Source: Pseudomonadota bacterium (GTDB lineage Bacteria > Bdellovibrionota_C > UBA2361 > OMII01). Taken from it: a stretch of DNA of 64,000 nucleotides. The position numbers and the translations under genes are program-made. This document shows, in pieces, positions 43,749 through 53,317 of the stretch; the first letter of the stretch is position 1; every line of letters begins with the position of its first letter. The DNA is taken from assembly GCA_046300175.1 (NCBI GenBank), contig JBKCMS010000094.1:366-64365 (forward strand). Reading direction: 5' to 3'. The notes beneath the pieces are model-generated. The model had not been told where the DNA came from and did no database searches. It saw only the letters and a program-made list of their open reading frames with translations.

Positions 43749-44054
43749 TTACGCCTTTTTATTTAACTTATTAAAATCCTTCAGGATTACATCCTTAACC
43801 CCAAGCCCCTTGCCCTCAGATATAGAGGATGCCAGGGCTTCGTTGAGCATATCGCGATACATCGCCTCTTCGTTACTACCCGATAACAATCCATTCTGCG
43901 GAACAGTACTCCACATAGATTCAAGCATCTGCTGAACAAGCAGCGCTTCGAACTGCTGCGCTGCAACCTCTGGCTGCTGCGCTACCGGCATGCTTTTTTT
44001 AAGGTTACGCGCTTCTACACCTAAGGATCCCCCAAGCGACTTAATCGATGTCAT
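43749..44054 (-). CDS. flgJ: Flagellar rod-binding protein (FlgJ N-terminal-domain-only homologue)
   Basis: 101 aa. ...QQFEALLVQQMLESMW... is the Rod_binding signature. No muramidase domain is present. Confidence 0.75.
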   Translation of the reverse strand: MTSIKSLGGSLGVEARNLKKSMPVAQQPEVAAQQFEALLVQQMLESMWSTVPQNGLLSGSNEEAMYRDMLNEALASSISEGKGLGVKDVILKDFNKLNKKA

Positions 44055-44064
44055 AATCTCACCC

Positions 44065-45195
44065 TTACATCACTACCAGCTCTGCATTAAGCGCCCCTGC
44101 TGCCTTGAGCGCGGTAAATATCGCTATCAAATCACGCGGCGTAGCCCCCAGCTCATTAAGTGCTGCCACCACGTCTCCTAGCGTCACTTCACCCCCAACG
44201 ATCTGCAGCGCTTTCACGTCCTCTCCAACCGTTATATCGGTGTTAGTAACCCCTGCCGTCACTCCACCTGCTAATGCATTGGGCTGTACCACTTCGTTTT
44301 CGGATCGGATAGCTATATTGAGATTTCCATGAGCCAATGCCACCTTACTTATGGTTACCCTCTCTCCCATAATTACTGTGCCCGTTCGCTCATTAACAAC
44401 TACACGCGCTCCTATATCCTGCTCAACTTCAACTTGCTCCAGTTGTGCTACGAGAGCTACCGGGTCGAACTGATCCTGGACATCGAGCCCGATCTCTACC
44501 GCACCCGAATCGACTGCTACCGCTGTTTGCTTACCCATACGACGATTAAGTGCATTCACTACGCGTGTCATCGTCGTAAAGTCCGGGCGACGGAGCACTA
44601 TGCGCACTTTTTTTGACTGAAACAGATCAAACGGTATAGAACGCTCTACCAATGCACCTCCTGGTATTACAGCCACGGTTGGATGATTCTTCTGCGCTGA
44701 ATCGCCCCCCTCTGCCACAGCAAAGCCTCCCAGGTCTATCGCCCCTTGGCCCACTGCGTAAGTGTTCCCGTCGGCACCCTTCATCGGAGTAAACAAAAGA
44801 GTGCCTCCTTGAAGGCTCTTGGCATCGCCCATAGAAGAGAGAGTTATGTCGATCTTCGAGCCAGGCCGAGCAAATGGAGGCAGTTCGGCAGTCACCATTA
44901 CCGCCGCAACGTTCTTGACCCGTACTGCCATCGGGTCCACCCTGAGTCCCATCTTCTCAAGCATGTTCGATATGCTCTTGGGGGTGAAGTCAGTCATTCG
45001 ACCATCACCAGTGCCGTTAAGACCAACTACAAGTCCATATCCCAGAAGTTGGTTGCCTCGCACTCCCTCGATATCGGCGATATCTTTAAGGCGTGCCCCC
45101 TGCGCCTCATGCGCCAGAGACAACACCGCAAGCACCAGCAAACTAAGTCGTTGAATTAAAATGGCCACAAAATCCTCAACAATCGCGATAACCAA
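44065..45195 (-). CDS. flgI: Flagellar P-ring protein FlgI
   Basis: ...RLKDIADIEGVRGNQLLGYGLVVGLNGTGD..., C-terminal ...LKAAGALNAELVVM. The real start may be the GVG... the GTG at 45168, which leaves a plausible signal peptide. Confidence 0.92.
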   Translation of the reverse strand: MVIAIVEDFVAILIQRLSLLVLAVLSLAHEAQGARLKDIADIEGVRGNQLLGYGLVVGLNGTGDGRMTDFTPKSISNMLEKMGLRVDPMAVRVKNVAAVMVTAELPPFARPGSKIDITLSSMGDAKSLQGGTLLFTPMKGADGNTYAVGQGAIDLGGFAVAEGGDSAQKNHPTVAVIPGGALVERSIPFDLFQSKKVRIVLRRPDFTTMTRVVNALNRRMGKQTAVAVDSGAVEIGLDVQDQFDPVALVAQLEQVEVEQDIGARVVVNERTGTVIMGERVTISKVALAHGNLNIAIRSENEVVQPNALAGGVTAGVTNTDITVGEDVKALQIVGGEVTLGDVVAALNELGATPRDLIAIFTALKAAGALNAELVVM

Positions 45196-46118
45196 CCACC
45201 ATACTGCGCTTCTCCAACTGTGCCTTTTCCGTAGTAATCAATTCGCACTTGAGCGATCTGAGAGGCATTTACCTCATTGTTCGAATTGATATCTCGTTGG
45301 CGAACAAGTCCGGATATCACCAGCACCTGCTCCTCGTTGTTCACTGCTATAATCTTCTCCCCTTCAATCCGTAAAAGACCCGATGGGAGGACCTCCGCAA
45401 CTACAGCGGAAACCCGCGCGTTTAACTGCGCCTGACGGAGAGTTCGGCCCTCTCCTCGAAAATCATTACGCGTTTGCGCTTGTATCAAACTGGTGAGATC
45501 AGGAGGATTGCTCCAGTTGGCAGTCTGCTTCTCTAAGCCGAAAAAGTTTTCGATTGCCGCCAAATACTCGCTCTTTGCCTTTATTTCAGTATTTGCCAAC
45601 TGTTGACCCAGCGACTGCTCCGTTACAACGATCGTAACAAGGTCCATCGGCTGCCAGGCCCGATAATCGCGAAATGGGTCGTTGCCAGCTTGACTCTCAC
45701 GAAACAGCGACGCTGTGATTCCAGGATCCCCCATATCAAGAGGTCCCTTATACGCGATGCCCTGCTGCTCTGCGCTACGCATCACCCGTACTCCCGGACC
45801 TAAATCCGATCCTGCATCTCTAAACTGCGCCGGCTGGGCAGTCATTGCTACTACAGGAGGAGGAGCATCTGCAAAGCGCAATTTTGCTCGTCCATCGTCG
45901 GTGGGCTCCTCTACGAAGCCTCCCTTCCAGTGGATATTCTTACTCTGGTCAAAAGTTCCAGGAGATGGAGATGTCGCATATCTGCGCGATGGAACGTATG
46001 GATTCTGCGGCAGCTGCGGCGCGCATGCACCGAGTAGGCCAGCACAAGCGACCCCAACGTAAAGAACCATCGGAGTTCGCTTATGACTTAAGGATGAAAT
46101 ACGATTTGTCCTGCCCAT
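45156..46118 (-). CDS. flgH: Flagellar L-ring lipoprotein FlgH (with an extended N-terminal region)
   Basis: Lipobox ...GLLGAC. C-terminal core ...DLVTIVVTE..., ...FRGEGRT..., ...LRIEGEKIIAVNNEEQVLVISGLVR..., ...IDYYGKG... At 320 aa it is longer than the roughly 230 aa typical of enterobacterial FlgH. Confidence 0.9.
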   Translation of the reverse strand: MGRTNRISSLSHKRTPMVLYVGVACAGLLGACAPQLPQNPYVPSRRYATSPSPGTFDQSKNIHWKGGFVEEPTDDGRAKLRFADAPPPVVAMTAQPAQFRDAGSDLGPGVRVMRSAEQQGIAYKGPLDMGDPGITASLFRESQAGNDPFRDYRAWQPMDLVTIVVTEQSLGQQLANTEIKAKSEYLAAIENFFGLEKQTANWSNPPDLTSLIQAQTRNDFRGEGRTLRQAQLNARVSAVVAEVLPSGLLRIEGEKIIAVNNEEQVLVISGLVRQRDINSNNEVNASQIAQVRIDYYGKGTVGEAQYGGWLSRLLRILWPF

Positions 46119-46120
46119 GA

Positions 46121-47146
46121 CTACCGCGCTCCCACTAGTACGACGTCTTTTTGCTGAACTCGCGCCCGAACCACCTTCTGTGAGGCTTCATTTCGCACTC
46201 CGATCTCCTGTCCATCTGCGCCGTCTTCAAGAGCCATGCCCCGTGCTGTCGCTTCAAGACGACCACGCCGAAAAACCATCGTCACTCTTGAGCCTGCCTC
46301 TACTAAAGGTGGTATCTTCACTACTTTTGAACTAAACATCTCGCCCTGTCCAATATCTCGCAGAAGCGCTCGACCAACAACGTCTCCGATCTGTTCAATA
46401 GAGTCGCTGGCGGTCGCGGTCCCATTAACCCGTGAAAGCCTCACATCACCTGCTGTCACGATATCTCCGCGCTTAAGTGGACGCGCTGCTGTTGGCATTA
46501 TCCTCCATTCATCGGCAAGTGCTTTCATCTGAAAACGCACTTCACCTGAGCCGGCACGCGAGCGATAATCGACGCCAAAGTGACCAGGCTGCATCGCCTG
46601 CAAACCTACAACCTCTATACTCAGGGCGTCAGCCGGGATTCTAACCGGCCTCTCTGCAAGGATATGCTTAACTTCTATCTTGCGGTCTTGCGCCAGTAGG
46701 AAAGACTTTAACGCCCGCTCAAGCTCATCACGTGAGACCTCACGATACGCCCGTGTAACCTGTACCTGCCTTGGAAAGGTATATAACAGCGAGTCAAGCT
46801 TCACTCCCGCATCTCTTAGCTTCTCTAGAATCGTTACTCCATCCAGAGCAAACGACTCCCCGGCACGCGGACTGTTGCCCAGAGGTATCTTCCTAAGCTC
46901 TATGATCGCCTCATCATCAGAAACAGCAGCAGACTCAATAAGCGCAACATCCGCCAGGCGAATCACTGGTTCGGTTACAACCGCCTCTGTACGGCCCTGT
47001 AACCTAATATCGGTAGGCTTACCTGCATGTATGTCCGCCAAGCTTACAATCGGAGCACTGACCACGACTAACGAAGTAAGCAAGGTGCACACAGCCTGTA
47101 TTCGATGATATGCACCGAAATGCCTACTGGCTTTTTTATCAGTCAT
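46121..47146 (-). CDS. flgA: Flagellar basal-body P-ring formation protein FlgA
   Basis: Signal peptide. C-terminal ...RGDIVTAGDV..., ...VEAGSRVTMVFRRGRLEATARGMALEDGADGQEIGVRNEASQKVVRARV... is the FlgA/SAF pattern. The gene lies between flgG and flgH. Confidence 0.85.
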   Translation of the reverse strand: MTDKKASRHFGAYHRIQAVCTLLTSLVVVSAPIVSLADIHAGKPTDIRLQGRTEAVVTEPVIRLADVALIESAAVSDDEAIIELRKIPLGNSPRAGESFALDGVTILEKLRDAGVKLDSLLYTFPRQVQVTRAYREVSRDELERALKSFLLAQDRKIEVKHILAERPVRIPADALSIEVVGLQAMQPGHFGVDYRSRAGSGEVRFQMKALADEWRIMPTAARPLKRGDIVTAGDVRLSRVNGTATASDSIEQIGDVVGRALLRDIGQGEMFSSKVVKIPPLVEAGSRVTMVFRRGRLEATARGMALEDGADGQEIGVRNEASQKVVRARVQQKDVVLVGAR

Positions 47147-47149
47147 ACA

Positions 47150-47938
47150 TTACCTCTTTAAGTTGATCGCCATATTTAACATCTCATCAGCGGTAGTAAT
47201 TCCTTTCGAGGACGCCTCGTATGCGCGCTGTGCGGTAATCATGTTTACTACCTGCTCTACTACGCTGACGTTACTGCTCTCCAAGAATCCCTGATTCAGC
47301 CGCCCGAAACCTAGCTGACTGAAGATTCCGTTTACCGGAGCTCCTGATGCCTGGGTTTCCTCATACAAATTCTGCCCGACTGCTCGCAAACCGGCGTTGT
47401 TCGGAAAGCGCACACCGATAAGCTGACCTACCTGTGTTGGTACTGCGTTGTTGGGTTGAGTTACAGTTACCGTACCATCACGGGCAACGGTTACCTTGAG
47501 AGCATCGGGTGGTATCGTAATTCCCGGAGCAACCTGATATCCGTCCGATGTCACCATCAATCCGTTCATATCCAGCTGAAAAACTCCAGTACGGGTGTAA
47601 GCGAATGTTCCGTCAGGGCGGAGTACCTGAAAGAATCCATCACCCTCGATCGCTATATCCAACTGATTTCCGGTTGAGCTGAGGTCTCCCTGAGTAAAGA
47701 CCTTCTGCACTGCTGCGGTTTTAACTCCTAATCCTACCTGCACACCGGTAGGATTGCTGGTAGTCTGAGATGTCAGCGCACCTGGCTCGATCACGTACTG
47801 GTACATAAGGTCTTGAAAGTCCGCTCGCCCCTTCTTAAATCCAACGGTGTTGACGTTCGCCAAGTTGTTGGAGATCACATCGATATTGGTCTCTTGAGCA
47901 TTCATCCCAGTTGCGGCCGTGTATAGTGCTCTAATCAT
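47150..47938 (-). CDS. flgG: Flagellar distal rod protein FlgG
   Basis: MIRALYTAATGMNAQETNIDVISNNLANVNTVGFKK... and the C-terminal ...VNMITAQRAYEASSK... Confidence 0.93.
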   Translation of the reverse strand: MIRALYTAATGMNAQETNIDVISNNLANVNTVGFKKGRADFQDLMYQYVIEPGALTSQTTSNPTGVQVGLGVKTAAVQKVFTQGDLSSTGNQLDIAIEGDGFFQVLRPDGTFAYTRTGVFQLDMNGLMVTSDGYQVAPGITIPPDALKVTVARDGTVTVTQPNNAVPTQVGQLIGVRFPNNAGLRAVGQNLYEETQASGAPVNGIFSQLGFGRLNQGFLESSNVSVVEQVVNMITAQRAYEASSKGITTADEMLNMAINLKR

Positions 47939-47951
47939 CGCAATCCTCTAT

Positions 47952-48731
47952 TTATCTCTGCCTACGTCCAAGTTGTGATACTGCTGCTTGATTCATCGAA
48001 TCCAGGGTCTGTGCTGCTCTTGTATAAGCCTCGAATGCACGATTAGTTGCGATCAGATCAACCATCCCGTTGATCGCTGATACATTCGACATCTCTAAAG
48101 ACTGGGGCTCCACACGTGGATCAACCTGCACGGGGCGGGGGCCACCCTTGATCTTAAAGCGCGCTCCCTCGGTAGCCTCGAGTCCAGAGAGGTCTTCAAA
48201 ACGCACTACCCGTAAGCGCCCAACTATATTTGGCTGTGCCCCAACATTGGCTCCTGCTCGCACACTGCCGTCAGGAAAGATCGAGACCCCTGGCGCCTGC
48301 GCCGATATAGCACCCCCCTCGCCCATTACTTGATATCCATCAACCGTTACTAAGTCTCCGGTTGGTGATAACGTAAAGTTTCCTGCTCTGGTGTAGCGCT
48401 CTCCTTGCGGTGTGTTAACTACGAAGAAGTCCTTTGGGGATCGCAGCGCAGCATCGAGCGGATTTCCTGTATGCTGAATCGGCCCCTGAGAGAAATCGAT
48501 CTGCGTTTTTACATCAACTACGTTCTTTAGCTGCGTTTGGTCAGGTCGAGCGTATGGGTCACGCTCCTCTATGGTACTGGCCAGGGTTCGGTCAAAGCTC
48601 TGAGGCTCAGCAACTACGAATTGGCCTTTAAAACCAACTGTATTGATGTTAGCCAGGTTGTTATTTTGAACCTCAAGCTTCTTCATCTGAAGAACCCCAG
48701 ATGATGTCGCTACATAGGTGCCGATATCCAT
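47952..48731 (-). CDS. flgF: Flagellar proximal rod protein FlgF
   Basis: ...LEVQNNNLANINTVGFKG... and the C-terminal ...MVDLIATNRAFEAYTRA... Directly upstream of flgG. Confidence 0.88.
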   Translation of the reverse strand: MDIGTYVATSSGVLQMKKLEVQNNNLANINTVGFKGQFVVAEPQSFDRTLASTIEERDPYARPDQTQLKNVVDVKTQIDFSQGPIQHTGNPLDAALRSPKDFFVVNTPQGERYTRAGNFTLSPTGDLVTVDGYQVMGEGGAISAQAPGVSIFPDGSVRAGANVGAQPNIVGRLRVVRFEDLSGLEATEGARFKIKGGPRPVQVDPRVEPQSLEMSNVSAINGMVDLIATNRAFEAYTRAAQTLDSMNQAAVSQLGRRQR

Positions 48732-48811
48732 ACCTTAAAAACCCTCATTAAAACGTCCTTGCGCTAGCGCAGCCCCACTACTTAGCTAAAGCGTCCCTAT
48801 ACGGCTGAAAT

Positions 48812-49642
48812 TTAACGTCGAGATAGACCCAGTGCACCCAACCTTGGATCGGCGCTTACTCGACCAGCTGGATACTGCACCGGGACCTCTGCGCCTTCTT
48901 CCCGCTCTATCTCGATCATCTGGGCCAAACGCCTCACCCCTTCAATCGGCAAGTTAGTTCGCTCAGAAACCTCTTCCACATTACGCCCTCGCTTGAGCAT
49001 ATCTTCTGCGCTTCTATACGACTCTTGTAGCGATTGCACGGTGGCTGGCTTGTCTTGCACAAAAATCTCAGTATTGGGCCTATTCTCTCTGGTATTATTG
49101 TGCGCTCCGACTCCCCGCTGTTTGGCTCCGCGTGCGGTGGAAACGGCAGCGTTCGGTAAAGCCACTTGATCGGTGAAATCATCCTGCGAACTTTCAACTA
49201 AATCAGAGCTGCGAGATCGCCTTGGTCTACTACGACGAGCCTGCCGTGACGAATCAGCTTGGCTGTTCTGGGCCGATCGAAACTCGGCAATAGCGCGCTC
49301 CAGCTCTAAGGCCTCCCGTCGTGCACTCTCGCACAAGAGAGCCAACTCCTTTGATAGAGCGTCACCGTCACTAAGTGCGACTCCTGCATCCTTCTGATGC
49401 TTTTCGATCTCTGCTATGTAACGAGAGAGGTTTTGCTCGCGACGTATAAGCTGGTCGCTAACATGTTTAGCGCGCCCCTCTATCTCGGCCATCATCACCG
49501 AGATACGCCCCTCCATCTCAACTATCTTAGGTAGCAGAGTATGTACCCGCGTGCCCTTGGCGAACCGAAACGCCATCACCAGCATTGATGTTACTAAACA
49601 GACGTCGATAACCATCTGCCAAATCGATACGTGACTGAGCAT
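48812..49642 (-). CDS. Membrane-anchored coiled-coil protein at the head of the flagellar cluster
   Basis: One N-terminal transmembrane helix, a coiled-coil region, an Arg/Ser-rich linker, and a C-terminal helix-turn-helix-like tail (...RGRNVEEVSERTNLPIEGVRRLAQMIEIE...). No family assigned. Confidence 0.55.
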   Translation of the reverse strand: MLSHVSIWQMVIDVCLVTSMLVMAFRFAKGTRVHTLLPKIVEMEGRISVMMAEIEGRAKHVSDQLIRREQNLSRYIAEIEKHQKDAGVALSDGDALSKELALLCESARREALELERAIAEFRSAQNSQADSSRQARRSRPRRSRSSDLVESSQDDFTDQVALPNAAVSTARGAKQRGVGAHNNTRENRPNTEIFVQDKPATVQSLQESYRSAEDMLKRGRNVEEVSERTNLPIEGVRRLAQMIEIEREEGAEVPVQYPAGRVSADPRLGALGLSRR

Positions 49643-49940
49643 GTTTCCTCACCTTCTAGGGTCAATACTGCCTTGCTACTAGCACCCTTAACCGGGCCTG
49701 TTGCCTGGAACTTCGAGGGCAACCTCGGCTCTCAATCCGCGTCAAAAAAATCGAGCGGCAGAGGCGTGTAGTTGTCAGCTAATTGACTCGTCTCATCTTC
49801 TTGCTCCGGCTAACTAACTGAATTACCATGAGCTAGCAGTCTGTTGGGCTTAACCCACTTGCTGCTGTATCAATCAAAGGCAAAACCCCTGCCAAGCGCC
49901 CAACTTACTTGGGAACGGCAGTCAACAACGAGCTATCGAT

Positions 49941-51101
49941 ATGTACAAAGAACGCCTTCTAACGCCCGGCCCGACTCAAATTCCTCTGCGCATATTGCAG
50001 GCTATGGAACGCCCGCTCCTGCACCATCGAAGCGAGATTTTTAAGCAGGAGCTTAAGCGGGCAGCTGAGGGCATGCGCTGGCTGTGTGACTGGGATAGTG
50101 CTCCGATTTTTCTCGCCTGCTCAGGGACAGGTGCTATGGAGGCATCAGTACTCAACACCTGCAAACCTGGAGATGAGATTATCACCGTAAATGCTGGAGC
50201 TTTTGGGGCACGCTGGCGCCAAATCGGCGAGCGGCTTGGGCTTACCGTACACGAGCTCAAAATTGAGTGGGGAAAAGCTGCTGATGTCGCACTGGTTAGA
50301 GAGTTTGTATCCGAACACCTTCACGCCCGTGCTTTTTGTATTCAGCACAGCGAAACCTCCACAACCGCTCTCCACCCTCTAGAGTCGATCCTTCCCGAGG
50401 TAAAAAAGCTCGCCCCAAACATGCTCACGATCGTTGATGGTATATCTTCGTGCGTAACCACACCTATGCCTGGAACCCCAGCAACCATCGATATCTTTAT
50501 CGCCGGGTCGCAGAAGGCATTTATGCTACCTCCTGGACTATCGATGGTGCTGATGTCGACACGGGGCTGGCAAGCGGTAGAAGAAACACCAAAGCGCTCG
50601 CTCTACTTTGATCTAGCTCTAGAGCGCGCATCCCTCTCTGCCGGAGAGACCTCGTGGACCCCTGCCTCAACTATCATTGTCGGACTTAATGCCGCTATCG
50701 ATATGTTTCGTGAAGAAGGGCTCGATGCGATCTACCAGCGCCATGCGCTCCTGGCGCAGATCGTGCGTGAAAGCACCGTAGCGATGGGATTTCGTCTCAT
50801 CGCACCGGATGCGCCTGGAACAAGTGTCACGGGGATTTTCCCTCCAAGCGGAATAAACGCGGACACTCTGCGCACAGAGGTACGTAAACGCTTCGGCATT
50901 CGTTTGGCAGGCGGGCAGGGAAAATTCAAAGGAGCGGTGGTGCGGATAGGGCACATGGGACACGTGGATGCTTTTGATGCAATGAATTCAGTTGTAGCGC
51001 TAGGAATCACAGCAAAAGCGCTCGGAGCCCAAGTCGACATAGAGCGCGGAACTGCGGTAAGCTTGAAAATTATCTCTGAAGGAAGATCACCACTGGCCTA
51101 A
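49941..51101 (+). CDS. Class V aminotransferase (serine/alanine-glyoxylate aminotransferase-like)
   Basis: MYKERLLTPGPTQIPLRILQAM... N-terminus and ...GSQKAFMLPPGLS... (PLP-lysine context) are typical of class V aminotransferases. Confidence 0.8.
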   Translation: MYKERLLTPGPTQIPLRILQAMERPLLHHRSEIFKQELKRAAEGMRWLCDWDSAPIFLACSGTGAMEASVLNTCKPGDEIITVNAGAFGARWRQIGERLGLTVHELKIEWGKAADVALVREFVSEHLHARAFCIQHSETSTTALHPLESILPEVKKLAPNMLTIVDGISSCVTTPMPGTPATIDIFIAGSQKAFMLPPGLSMVLMSTRGWQAVEETPKRSLYFDLALERASLSAGETSWTPASTIIVGLNAAIDMFREEGLDAIYQRHALLAQIVRESTVAMGFRLIAPDAPGTSVTGIFPPSGINADTLRTEVRKRFGIRLAGGQGKFKGAVVRIGHMGHVDAFDAMNSVVALGITAKALGAQVDIERGTAVSLKIISEGRSPLA

Positions 51102-51103
51102 GT

Positions 51104-52030
51104 ATGGACTCAAACCTGCCACCTATTCGTAAGCGCGCAGCTCAGCTCTTTCAATCGATTCAGACTCACATCTGCTCGAAACTTGAGTCGATCGACGGTG
51201 CAGCTAAGTTTGCAACTGACTACTGGCAGCGTCCCGATATTCGCGGAGGCGATGGCGGTGGTGGCGCCACGCGCATTCTCGCAAACGGTGACGTATTTGA
51301 GAAGGCTGGCGTTAACTTTAGCGAGGTCTTAGGACACGTATCTGCTGATTTTGCCGAGAAGCTGGGCGCCCCAATGGAAGAACTGCCATTTTTTGCTACC
51401 GGGGTTTCTCTGGTGATTCATCCGCGATCACCGATGGTGCCGACCACACATGCCAACTGGCGCTATCTAGAACTTGGAGACAAGGCGTGGTTTGGTGGTG
51501 GGTCCGATCTTACCCCTTATTATCTCGAAGATGCTGATGCAACCCACTTTCACTCTGTGCTTAAGGATGTCTGCGAACGTCACTCTCCAGAGTACTACAC
51601 ACGATTTAAGAAATGGTGCGACGAATACTTCTATCTCCCACACCGCAGAGAGACTCGAGGGATCGGCGGCATATTCTTTGATCACCTTGGCCGAAATGAC
51701 GGAGCGAATCACGAGCAGTTGCTTACATTCGTGCGCGATCTCGGTTTTGCATTCACCGAACAATACATTCCGATTGTAGAGCGCCGCATGCGCGTGCCCT
51801 ACGGTGAGCATGAGCGATACTTTCAACTTCTCAGACGGGGTCGTTATGTGGAGTTTAACCTTCTATACGATAGAGGGACTCACTTCGGGCTTCAAACCGG
51901 TGGACGCACCGAATCAATCCTAATGTCGCTACCACCTGAGGTTCGCTGGGATTACTGCCCAAGCGTTACACCAGGATCACGGGAAGAGTATCTACTACAC
52001 ACGCTCCAAAAGCCCCGAGATTGGGTATAA
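51104..52030 (+). CDS. hemF: Oxygen-dependent coproporphyrinogen III oxidase
   Basis: ...GGGGATRILANGDVFEKAGVNFS..., ...HPRSPMVPTTHANWRY..., ...WFGGGSDLTPYY..., ...RRETRGIGGIFFD..., ...GRYVEFNLLYDRGT.FGL... Confidence 0.92.
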   Translation: MDSNLPPIRKRAAQLFQSIQTHICSKLESIDGAAKFATDYWQRPDIRGGDGGGGATRILANGDVFEKAGVNFSEVLGHVSADFAEKLGAPMEELPFFATGVSLVIHPRSPMVPTTHANWRYLELGDKAWFGGGSDLTPYYLEDADATHFHSVLKDVCERHSPEYYTRFKKWCDEYFYLPHRRETRGIGGIFFDHLGRNDGANHEQLLTFVRDLGFAFTEQYIPIVERRMRVPYGEHERYFQLLRRGRYVEFNLLYDRGTHFGLQTGGRTESILMSLPPEVRWDYCPSVTPGSREEYLLHTLQKPRDWV

Positions 52031-52076
52031 GGTGAACAATCCCTGCGCGAGACTTTAAATAAACCCTGTGCGAGTT

Positions 52077-52088
52077 ATTTTTGAAAAA
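52077..52088. repeat. ATTTTTGAAAAA motif (site 3 of 4)
   Basis: Exact 12-mer 47 nt after the hemF stop, preceded by CCCTGCGCGAG...CCCTGTGCGAG direct repeats. Similar CTGCGCAAG and CACGCGAGAG strings precede sites 1 and 4. Confidence 0.55.
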
Positions 52089-52182
52089 AATCGTCTTATA
52101 CATTAGGTACTATGAGCGATTTGCTGATTTCAAAGCCGCCATTCTCAAGCTTCTTTGTTAACATCAAGCAGTACCGTCCAGA

Positions 52183-52335
52183 GCTAGCCAGGATATTTCA
52201 TGAAACTGCGTCGCGAGAGCGCCGGGAATGGTGATTTTTGGGGCCCGTAGGGCGAATTCAAAAATCGATTTTTGAACCGGAAAAGCGCCGTTATCGGCGA
52301 TCGTAGTAGCAGGCTTCATGAAATTTCCGGGCTAG
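52183..52335 (-). mobile_element. MITE-like element, family B, copy B2 (153 bp, inverted relative to B1, with an internal deletion)
   Basis: The termini GCCAGGATATTTCATGAA and TTCATGAAATTTCCGGGC are flanked by TA. It is collinear with the reverse complement of B1 but lacks about 48 bp of the internally duplicated segment. Confidence 0.78.
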
Positions 52336-52648
52336 AGTCTCTGATTACATTAAAATTTCACACGCTTAAGCACATAGGAGTTTGTTGTCTTTTGCGGCAA
52401 AAGTTGTAGGTCTTAAAATGGTGCAAGTGGCTAAAATCCCCAGCGATTTTCGGGGCTACTGTTGCTTTTAGGTGAAATAACTGGCCATTTGCGGAGCTCG
52501 TCACGCTCTAAATGCTAAACCTTTTCTAATAATACTCCGTACTAGATCCCTACAAGCAGAGAGCCTCTTATAGGAAACCCACGTCGCTGGGCCAGCAGAT
52601 GAGTGCTCTTTTCTACATGTGGCTAGGACAGGATGATAGGGGGGCAGT

Positions 52649-53299
52649 ATGAGCGCACTCAAGCTTTATTTAGTCGAAGATCAGTTACTAACCCGACAGG
52701 CATTTGCACGAGCATTCTCGGCAACAGAGAGGTATGAGGTTGTCGGCCAGTCTGCAGGTGCGGCAGAGCTACTGTCGAATCCTGCCACCTGGCAAGCTGA
52801 TGTGATTATTCTCGATCTAGCACTCTCACGTTATGGAAGTTTAGATGCGATCCACCAGCTCCGCGAACGCGGAGTGCGATCTCCAATACTGATTCTCTCG
52901 AGCGGAGAAAACGGCGCAGCGATGCAAGCGATTCTTAATGCAGGAGCTCAAGGCTGCGTTCCTAAGCACTCTGACTTTAATGAGATGGAGCACGCTATTG
53001 AGGCGGTCGCCAAGGGCCAAACATATCTGAGCCCTTCCCTGCAAAATGGCTCTATCAACGGCTCTCACTCCGGCAATGGGGCAAACCCCTGGCCGAATTC
53101 ATCTCAATCGATCTTATCAAAACGGGAGCACGAGATATTCATGCTTTTAGCGCAGGGCAAAAAGAACCGAGAAATAGGCAAGCTTCTGTGCATCAGCACT
53201 CGCACTGTAGACACCCACCGGTCTAATATACTCAAAAAACTTCAGGTAAAAAGCAACGCCGAGTTAGCGCGCATGGCGATCAAAGAGGGCTTGCTGTAG
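52649..53299 (+). CDS. NarL/LuxR-family response regulator (REC + HTH)
   Basis: REC domain (...LYLVEDQLL..., ...DVIILDLAL..., ...ILILSS...) and a LuxR-type HTH (...SKREHEIFMLLAQGKKNREIGKLLCISTRTVDTHRSNILKKL...). No histidine kinase is adjacent. Confidence 0.88.
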   Translation: MSALKLYLVEDQLLTRQAFARAFSATERYEVVGQSAGAAELLSNPATWQADVIILDLALSRYGSLDAIHQLRERGVRSPILILSSGENGAAMQAILNAGAQGCVPKHSDFNEMEHAIEAVAKGQTYLSPSLQNGSINGSHSGNGANPWPNSSQSILSKREHEIFMLLAQGKKNREIGKLLCISTRTVDTHRSNILKKLQVKSNAELARMAIKEGLL

Positions 53300-53317
53300 C
53301 TCTCTATAGCCGTAGAC

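Noticed and set aside
49700-49723. A hairpin, GTTGCC-N12-GGCAAC, containing TGGAAC-N7-GGCA. The GG and GC are spaced as in sigma-54 promoters. It lies in the divergent spacer between the flagellar cluster and the aminotransferase.
   Set aside because: Only the GG/GC dinucleotides fit the TGGCAC-N5-TTGCA consensus. The orientation points to the aminotransferase rather than the flagellar genes. There is no supporting enhancer-binding protein nearby.
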